Part shown: piece after piece, positions 1-7,200 of the stretch
Position numbering within the stretch: the stretch's first letter is position 1
How the letters are laid out: each line of letters opens with the position of its first letter
DNA from: a bacterium
GTDB taxonomy: Bacteria > Hinthialibacterota > Hinthialibacteria > Hinthialibacterales > Hinthialibacteraceae
Length of the DNA: 15,064 nucleotides
Direction: 5' to 3'
NCBI GenBank assembly: GCA_041946805.1
Contig: JBHGBC010000151.1
Span: forward strand, 1-15,064
The notes under the pieces: generated by a model
Seen by the model: only the letters and a program-made list of their open reading frames with translations
Told to the model about the DNA's origin: nothing
Databases searched by the model: none
Made by a program: the position numbers and the translations under genes

Positions 1-1341
1 ACCCGCATCGTGGACGTGCGCGTCGAATTGGAAGACCACGCCTACCGCACGCCATTGAAGTTCGGCGGAGTCATCACCGACAAGGTCACGTTGCTCAACG
101 TCCGGGCGCGCGTCCAGGACCGTTCCGGCCGGGAGATGGAAGGCTTCGGCTCCATGCCCTTGGGCAATGTGTGGTCGTTCCCCACACAAAATCAGACCTA
201 CGACGAAACCTTGTCGGCCATGAAGGCGCTGGCGGCAAGGATCCGGGGCTTCCTGCTGGATTTCGGCGAGTTCGAGCACCCGATCGGGATCGCCGCCGAG
301 CTGGAGCCGCTGTACCGGGGCGCATTGCCGGGCGTGCAACAGGCTTGCGGATTGCATGAGCCGATTCCTGTTCTATGTATGTTGGTGGTGGCCAGCCCGT
401 TTGACGCCGCCTTGCATGACGCCTATGGCAAACTGTTGAGATTGAACGCGTTTCAAACCTGTGGCCCCGAATACGTGAATCATAGCCTTGAGCACCATCT
501 GAACCACGATTTCCGCGGGGAGTATCTCGACCGCTATATCCTGCGACAACCCAAACCGCGCATGCCTTTGTATCATCTGGTCGGGGCCGTGGATCCCCTC
601 ACGGAGGAAGACATCCCCCAGCGGCTCAATGACGGTCTGCCTGAAACTTTGGCGGAATGGATCCGGACGGACGGCCTGACGCATCTGAAGATCAAGTTGA
701 ACGGGGATAACCTGGAGTGGGACGTGGAGCGCGTCGTGAAAGTGGAACGCATCGCGGAGCCAGTGCAACACAGCCGCGGCGTGGCGGAATGGTGCTATTC
801 GCTGGATTTCAACGAGCGCTGCCAAAGCGTGGAGTACCTGTTGGAATTCTTGATGAAGGTCAACGAGCGCGCTCCCCGGGCGTTGGAGCGGGTGCAATAT
901 ATCGAGCAGCCCACTGCCCGTGATCTGGAAGCGCATCCGGAAAACAAGATGCACAAGGCGGCGAAGATCAAGCCGGTGGTGATCGACGAATCCCTGGTCG
1001 ATTTCGAAAGCCTGCAACTGGCGCGCGAGCAGGGCTATACCGGGGTGGCGCTCAAGGCGTGCAAGGGGCAAAGCCAGGCCTTGCTGATGGGCGCGGCGGC
1101 CCAGAAATACAACCTGTTTTTGTGCGTGCAGGACCTGACCTGCCCCGGCGCGTCGTTTCTCCATTCGGCCGCCCTGGCGGCGCACATTCCCACCGTGGCC
1201 GCCATCGAGGGCAACAGCCGTCAGTACTGCCCCTCCGCCAACGCCATTTGGAAAGACCGCTTCCCGGGCATCTTCCATCTCACGGACGGGACCATCGAGA
1301 CCGGCTGCCTGAACGGCCCGGGATTGGGAATCGTACCTTGA
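1..1341 (+). CDS. Enolase-superfamily protein (mandelate racemase/muconate lactonizing enzyme-like), probably 5'-truncated by the window edge
   Basis: Frame is open from base 1 (ACC CGC ATC GTG...) to TGA at 1339-1341, so the true start probably lies upstream of the ORF-track GTG at 10. The capping-domain SPFDAALHDAYGK is followed by barrel motifs HLKIKL (KxK), LDFNE, IEQP, IDES (three acidic metal ligands), ALKACKG and IEGN. Confidence 0.85.
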   Translation, partial: TRIVDVRVELEDHAYRTPLKFGGVITDKVTLLNVRARVQDRSGREMEGFGSMPLGNVWSFPTQNQTYDETLSAMKALAARIRGFLLDFGEFEHPIGIAAELEPLYRGALPGVQQACGLHEPIPVLCMLVVASPFDAALHDAYGKLLRLNAFQTCGPEYVNHSLEHHLNHDFRGEYLDRYILRQPKPRMPLYHLVGAVDPLTEEDIPQRLNDGLPETLAEWIRTDGLTHLKIKLNGDNLEWDVERVVKVERIAEPVQHSRGVAEWCYSLDFNERCQSVEYLLEFLMKVNERAPRALERVQYIEQPTARDLEAHPENKMHKAAKIKPVVIDESLVDFESLQLAREQGYTGVALKACKGQSQALLMGAAAQKYNLFLCVQDLTCPGASFLHSAALAAHIPTVAAIEGNSRQYCPSANAIWKDRFPGIFHLTDGTIETGCLNGPGLGIVP

Positions 1342-1353
1342 GAGCGCGGGATC

Positions 1354-3117
1354 GTGGAAACGCCAAATCGCGTTGCCCTGGACCGGATGAAGCCCGATTG
1401 GTTTGAGCTCAACCTGGAATGCCTGAAGCGAATCTATCCGGGCGTGGAAGCCCCGCTCCGGAACACCGTTTCGTATTCGAATTTCCCACCACTTGAATCA
1501 TCCATATCCACTTTGTCCAGAACCGCCTGGGATCCCCGCGCGGAATTGCATGTCCTGGACCGGTTTGCGGGCAGTGGCCTGGCGTTCGCGTTGTTCGATC
1601 GAATCCAACAAATGGATCTGCTGGAGCGGCGCGGCCGGCGGTTGCTGCTCATCGAGGACCGGCCGGATTGGCTGCGGGCGGAATTTAGCCGGGCCGATTG
1701 GCGGCCCCTCATTCAGTCCGAAAACTGCCTGTTCGTTTTTGATTTTCCCCGGGGAGATGAACTGCTCCGTTTTTTGGAACGTTATCCGGAAATCGCCCAC
1801 GCGGAAATGGCATTTTATTCAGGTGAGGCCGGGGCTTCTCCGGAACGCAGTCAAAAATTGCGTGTCCTGTTCAAATTCTGCCGGGAAGGCATCGCGCGGT
1901 ACATCGAAACGATTTGCCGGGAACAGCAGGGAATTAAATCCCCGCCCTATCCCCGAACCATCCGTTTCCCCGTGGCCGGGCACAATTACCTGCAGGACGC
2001 CTGCGTCAAAGCGCTCAGGCGGCTGGGCTACGGCGCGGAACGGTGGCAATGGAAGAATCCCCTCTACCGCTTCGTGCGCCCGGTGGCCTGGGTTCACGAA
2101 TGGAAAAACATGCCAGTGGATTTGCTCTTCTATCTCAATTCCACCCCGGTCACTTTTACCGGAGGAACCGATATCCTTCGCTTTCCCTGGGAGCAGCTCG
2201 CGTGGTTCGTGGACAATCCCCGGCGGTATGTGTTCCGCCCCTCCGATCTGGCGGGCTGCGACGTTGTCGGCGTGTTCGACCGCGCGTACATCCCTTATCT
2301 CCGGACCTTGACTGACGCACCGGTGATCGAGGTCCGCACCGGTTATGGCATCGATCCCGGGCAGGCGCGGCTGGATCCGGCATTTTCGGAGATCGATATC
2401 GCCTTCGTGGGCGAGCTGGGCGCGCGGGGTTACGTTTCCCTGGAGCGGACGCTGGCGGAGTGGCGGCCGGAGTGGTTCGCGGCCGCTGGGGAGGTTCTGC
2501 GCCACACGGACATTTCCCAACCGGTGGATCTCGCTATCCATGCCGATGAACGCTTCGCCCAAGCCGGCGCGAACTACCAGGGCGCGTTGGTGGATTATCT
2601 GGAGAACAAGGCCACCGCCCTGCGCCGAAGGCATTATTTGGAAGCGTTGCTGGACCAGGGATTGCGGATTTTTGGAGACAACGATTGGGCCGATCCGGCG
2701 CACGCGGGACAGTTGGGCGCCTGCTACGGGGGGCGGCGGTTGGATTACGCCACCGAATTGCCCGCGTTGTACGCCTCGGCGAAGATCAACATCAACATCT
2801 TTCACGCGCAATGCCTGACCGCGCCCAATCCCCGGGTGTATGACGTGCTGGCCGCCGGGGGATTTTTAATGACCACCGTCAATTCCGGCCTGGAGGATGA
2901 GTTCGTGGACGGCCGGGACCTGGTGGTTTTCCGCACGCGCGAGGAACTGCGCGAACGGGCGGCCTACTACCTGGCGCATCCCCGCGAGCGGCGCGCCGTC
3001 GCGGAATCCGGGCGGGAACGCACGCTTGCGTCTCATGGCTATCATGATAGAATGCAACGTTTTCTGTGGGCTTTAGGCTCCAAGGCAGGAGAAGCGCATG
3101 TCTATCTTTGTCAATGA
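1354..3117 (+). CDS. CgeB-family (Glyco_trans_1_2-like, GT-B) glycosyltransferase with Maf-like N-terminal extension
   Basis: 587-aa ORF. C-terminal motifs [50 protein letters not shown] and [30 protein letters not shown] are typical of CgeB-like glycosyltransferases. The start is uncertain (GTG 1354 or ATG 1387). Confidence 0.75.
   Translation: METPNRVALDRMKPDWFELNLECLKRIYPGVEAPLRNTVSYSNFPPLESSISTLSRTAWDPRAELHVLDRFAGSGLAFALFDRIQQMDLLERRGRRLLLIEDRPDWLRAEFSRADWRPLIQSENCLFVFDFPRGDELLRFLERYPEIAHAEMAFYSGEAGASPERSQKLRVLFKFCREGIARYIETICREQQGIKSPPYPRTIRFPVAGHNYLQDACVKALRRLGYGAERWQWKNPLYRFVRPVAWVHEWKNMPVDLLFYLNSTPVTFTGGTDILRFPWEQLAWFVDNPRRYVFRPSDLAGCDVVGVFDRAYIPYLRTLTDAPVIEVRTGYGIDPGQARLDPAFSEIDIAFVGELGARGYVSLERTLAEWRPEWFAAAGEVLRHTDISQPVDLAIHADERFAQAGANYQGALVDYLENKATALRRRHYLEALLDQGLRIFGDNDWADPAHAGQLGACYGGRRLDYATELPALYASAKININIFHAQCLTAPNPRVYDVLAAGGFLMTTVNSGLEDEFVDGRDLVVFRTREELRERAAYYLAHPRERRAVAESGRERTLASHGYHDRMQRFLWALGSKAGEAHVYLCQ
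3026..3053 (+). promoter_or_regulatory. Candidate sigma70-type promoter for sucD, internal to the glycosyltransferase gene
   Basis: TTGCGT (3026-3031), 16-nt spacer, TAGAAT (3048-3053) preceded by an extended -10 TG at 3045-3046. It lies in a locally AT-enriched patch about 45 nt before the sucD ATG. Confidence 0.4.
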
Positions 3118-3973
3118 GAATACCCGGGTGTTGGTGCAGGGCATCACGGGCAACGAAGGCACTTTTCACACCGAACAGTGCCTGGCTTACGGAACCAAGA
3201 TCGTGGCCGGCGTCACCCCGGGCAAGGGGGGAACCACACACCTGGGGGTGCCGGTGTTCAACACGGTGGCCGAAGCCAAACAGGCCACCGGCGCGGACGC
3301 CGCGATGATCTTCGTTCCGCCCGCCTTCGCCGCCGACGCGGTCATGGAATCGGCCGACGCGGAGATCCCCATCATCATCTGCATCACGGAAGGGATTCCC
3401 ACGCTCGATATGGTGAAGGTGATGGACCACGTGCGGCGCAAAAAAGTCCGGCTCATCGGCCCCAACTGTCCGGGAATCATCTCGCCGGGAAAATGCAAGA
3501 TCGGCATCATGCCCGGCTTCGTGCATAAGGAGGGCTGCGTGGGGGTGGTTTCGCGCAGCGGGACGCTGACCTATGAGGCCGTGCAGCAGATCACGGACGC
3601 CAAACTGGGCCAATCCACCTGCATCGGCATCGGCGGCGATCCGATCATCGGCACGACCTTCGTGGATTGCCTCAAGGAGTTCCAGAACGATCCCCAAACC
3701 AAGGGCGTGGTGTTGATCGGGGAAATCGGGGGAACCACCGAGGAAGAGGCGGCGGCCTTCATCAAGGAGCACTTCACCAAGCCGGTGGTGGCCTTCATCG
3801 CCGGGAAAACCGCGCCTCCCGGCAAACGCATGGGCCATGCCGGCGCGATCATCTCCGGCGGCAAAGGGACCGCCGCGGCCAAGGAAGAGGCCTTGCGGGA
3901 CGCGGGCGCCATTGTCTGCGAGAATCCCGCGGCAATCGGCCCGCGCATGGCGAAGGCGTTGGGGCAGGAGTAG
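3098..3973 (+). CDS. sucD: Succinate--CoA ligase (succinyl-CoA synthetase) alpha subunit
   Basis: 291 aa with [47 protein letters not shown] and the phosphohistidine motif RMGHAGA. RBS AGGAGA at 3087-3092. Overlaps the upstream gene by 20 nt. Confidence 0.97.
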   Translation: MSIFVNENTRVLVQGITGNEGTFHTEQCLAYGTKIVAGVTPGKGGTTHLGVPVFNTVAEAKQATGADAAMIFVPPAFAADAVMESADAEIPIIICITEGIPTLDMVKVMDHVRRKKVRLIGPNCPGIISPGKCKIGIMPGFVHKEGCVGVVSRSGTLTYEAVQQITDAKLGQSTCIGIGGDPIIGTTFVDCLKEFQNDPQTKGVVLIGEIGGTTEEEAAAFIKEHFTKPVVAFIAGKTAPPGKRMGHAGAIISGGKGTAAAKEEALRDAGAIVCENPAAIGPRMAKALGQE

Positions 3974-3996
3974 CGGGACCTCAAGGATTCAAAGGT

Positions 3997-4016
3997 GTGC
4001 AAGCATCTTGCCTGCA
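3997..4016 (+). repeat. Single degenerate REP-like palindrome
   Basis: GTGCAAGCATCTTGCCTGCA (stem TGCAAGCA/TGCCTGCA with one mismatch, 3-nt loop) closely matches the two arms at 14984-15006 and 15031-15053. Confidence 0.55.
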
Positions 4017-4031
4017 TGGCGTTCCCTCCTT

Positions 4032-4074
4032 ATCCTGTTCATCCTGATAAACCTGGCCTTTCTGATTCAGACAA
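4032..4074. repeat. Degenerate 9-nt periodic repeat (ATCCTGNNN) ending in GATTCAGACAA
   Basis: Units ATCCTGTTC / ATCCTGATA / AACCTGGCC / TTTCTGATT at 4032, 4041, 4050 and 4059, with CTG in the same phase each time. Confidence 0.4.
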
Positions 4075-4100
4075 TCTCCGCGCCTCCGCGGAGAATTTTG
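4075..4100 (+). terminator. Candidate intrinsic terminator downstream of sucD
   Basis: Perfect 8-bp GC-rich stem TCTCCGCG (4075-4082) / CGCGGAGA (4087-4094) with a CCTC loop, followed by ATTTTG. The U-tract is short. Confidence 0.45.
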
Positions 4101-4130
4101 CTCCACCCTATTTGAGAGCCGCGCGGGGGC

Positions 4131-4218
4131 TTGATTGTTATCTGCTTTTCGGATTCAATAAAATCCTATAAACCTAGAATCCATCGATATTCAAACATTG
4201 CCGTTAGAGGGTATTTAT
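4131..4218 (+). promoter_or_regulatory. AT-rich putative promoter/leader region and RBS of the helicase gene
   Basis: Strongly AT-rich compared with the flanks. TTGATT (4131-4136)-N17-TTCAAT (4154-4159), with other -10-like hexamers TAAAAT (4159-4164) and TAGAAT (4175-4180). RBS AGAGGG at 4206-4211, 7 nt before ATG 4219. The exact promoter cannot be resolved. Confidence 0.35.
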
Positions 4219-7200
4219 ATGGATCAGGTTACACATCAACCCGGGGAGCCAACCGCTCCGCTCCCGCTATGCCTCGAGTTGGATTACCAGCCCAAAATCA
4301 ACTACGCGTTTCAGCAGAATGATATCCCGTTTCTGCGCGCCATCCGGATCGTCAACGCCTCAGAGGAAAAACTCTCCGATCTGATCGTCCAGGTGAAAGG
4401 GGAACCCGGCCTGGCCGCCGAGTGGCAGACGCGCATCGCGGAAATCCCAGCGGGGAAGACCGATTCGGTCAGCGCGATTCCCATGTCCTTCTCTCCGCAA
4501 TACCTGTTGGGCATCACCGAACGGGTGGCGGGTTTGTTGCGGGTGGTGGTCCGGCAACCGGAACGCGTGCTGCTCGAACAAACGTACCCCTTCGAGGTGT
4601 TCGCGTACAACGAATGGTGCGGGCTTTCCTCGCTGCCCGAAATTCTGGCCGCGCTGGTATTGCCCAACAATCCCGGCGTGGAAGAAATGCTGGCTCGAAC
4701 CCGGGACGTGTTGAAACAGAATACAGGCGATGCCTCCTTGTCTGGTTATCAAAGTAAGGATCCACAACGGATCCGGACCATGGCCGCGGCGTTGTATGAA
4801 GCGGCGGCGCGGATGGATTGGTCGTACATCAATCCCCCCGCGAGTTTCGAGGAGACCGGGCAAAAGGTCCGTTTTCCCGATCAGATCATGCGCCACCGCA
4901 TGGGGACCTGCATGGACCTCACCCTGTTCTTCGCCGCGGGCCTGGAGCAGTGCGGACTGCATCCCCTGGTGTTGCTGATCAAGGGGCACGCGTTCGTTGG
5001 GGTTTGGCTCGTGGAAGATGGCTTTCCCGACGCTTCCATCACCAACGGCGTGATGGTCCGCAAACGCGTGGACATCGGCCAGATGCTGGTCTTCGAGACG
5101 ACCGCGGTAACGCAATCCCGCAAGCCCTCGTTCGCGCAGGCCTGCTCGGATGGACGCATGCGCCTGAACGACGACGCGAATTTCTTGTTCGCCGTCGATG
5201 TCCACACGGCCCGGCTGCGGCGCATCCGGCCCATCGCCGTGCCTGAACTGAAACCGCCCGCCCAGCGCGAACCGTTGGTTCCGGAGTCCCAGCCGGGAGC
5301 GGCTCATGGGGAAGGAACCGCGGCTCCACCACCTCCTCCGCCGGTCCCCACTACCGAATTCTTCTCCAGTCCGGTTCAACCGGAGGAAGATCGATCCGGG
5401 CCGGACAACGAATTGGAAATCGAAACGGACACGGAGGCGCCGGACGAGACGCCGCCCGCCGAAGCGCCGCCGGAAGACGTGCCCTCCCGCATCGCGCGGT
5501 GGAAACACAAACTGTTGGATTTCTCCCTCAACAACCGGCTGTTGAATTTCAGGGAAACCAAAAAAAACTGCCGGCTTTTGTGCCCTGATTTGGCGGAACT
5601 GGAGGATGCGCTGTCGGAAGGGGCCACGTTCCGGCTGCTTTCCCGTAACAAAATCCCGTTTCTCAACGATCCCCGCGATGAACAAACCCACCGGGAACAG
5701 ACCGGGGAGGACGTGGTGCGCGCGTTTCTCCATGACGCCATGCGCAAAGGCCAGCTGTACGCCGACCTGCCTGAGAAGGAGTTGGAGAGCCACCTGATCG
5801 AGATCTACCGCGAGAGCCGGGTCAGCCTGGAGGAAGGCGGGGCGAACACGCTCTACCTGGCCCTGGGTTTCCTGGCCTGGTACGAAACGAAGGACAGTCC
5901 GCAAAAACGTCTCGCGCCGCTCATCTTGATTCCCCTGCAAATCACCCGCCCGTCCATCCAGGAAGGGTTCCGCATGTGCATGCTGGAGGAAGAAGCCCGC
6001 ATCAACGTGACATTGCTGCAAATGCTGGGAAATGACTATGGCGTGCGGGTGGAAGGGCTGGATCCGTTGCCCGAGGATCAAAAAGGCATCGACATCCCCA
6101 AAGTCTTGTCGGTATTCAAGCGAGCGGTGTTGGAGATCGGGCGCTGGGAAATCGAGGAAATCGCGTACATCGGGCATTTCTCCTTCACGAAATACCTGCT
6201 CTGGTACGACCTGGACCGCCACTTCGACAAGATGATGGAAAATCCGGTGGTCAAGCACCTGGTGCAACGCGCCCGCGAGGCCTACAACGATGGCATCCCC
6301 TTTCCCAATCCGGAGCGGCTCGATGAGGATTATCCCCCGGAGCAGGTCTTTTGCGTGACCGACGCCGACTCGTCTCAACTGGCGGCGGTGCTGGCGGCGG
6401 CGCAGGGCAAATCCTTCGTGCTCCAGGGGCCTCCGGGAACAGGGAAGTCGCAGACGATCACCAACATTGTCGCGCATTGCCTGGCGGAGGGCAAACGGGT
6501 GCTCTTCGTCTCGGCCAAGATGGCGGCGCTGAACGTGGTGTACGACCGGCTGCGCAAGCTAGACCTGGGGCCGTATTGCCTCGAATTGCATTCGAACAAA
6601 ACCAACATCCGCCGGGTGCACAGCCAGTTGGAAGAAGCCATGAACAACGGCTGCGCCCCGCCCGCCGACGCTTGGTCCCTGGAAACGCGGGAACTGCATC
6701 GCCTGCGCGGGGAGCTGAACCGCTACGCGGCCCTGCTGCGGACCAAACGGCCGTCCGGCGACACGGCGTTTCAAGTCCTGTCCATGCTCAGCGGCTTCCG
6801 GGACACGCCTTTCACGCGGCTGGCGTGGGATGACCAGCGCGAGGTCACGCCCGAGTTCCGGCGCGAGGTGAAGGACGCGGTGGGACAGCTGGTATCGGCC
6901 ATCGAGGCGGTGGGCGATTTGTCCTCGCATCCCTTCCGGGCCTGTAATGTGGACCAATGGCATGCCCGCCTGGAGGGGCAGGTGTCCGCCGCGGTTCGGG
7001 CCATGGACACTACCCTCCATGAGTTGGCCGAAACCATGCGGCAATGCGCGCCCCATCTGCTGATCCGTGAACAAGGGTGGACCAAGCAGGAAATCGGATT
7101 GGGAATCCAGCTGGCCCGGCTGCTCACCGAACGCGCCGGGGCCATGGCGGATTTACTGGGGAATCCGGACTGGGAAGGGATCAAGCCCAAAATCCAGTCC

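Noticed and set aside
373..3838. Long - strand ORFs 373-1278, 1819-2811 and 2879-3838
   Set aside because: They fully overlap well-supported + strand genes and have the composition typical of antisense frames.
3837..4115. 92-aa ORF ending in a hydrophobic stretch (LLILFILINLAFLIQTI), a possible small membrane peptide or toxin
   Set aside because: It starts inside sucD out of frame, and the hydrophobic run is just the translation of the ATCCTG periodic repeat. A short version from GTG 3997 has no convincing support.
4198..4218. TTG start at 4198 for the helicase
   Set aside because: ATG 4219 has AGAGGG at 7-nt spacing, whereas TTG 4198 lacks an RBS.
4360..6477. 705-aa antisense ORF (also 7366-8628, 420 aa) opposite the helicase gene
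   Set aside because: These are shadows of a high-GC gene with no recognisable motifs, and the sense strand carries a clear conserved protein.
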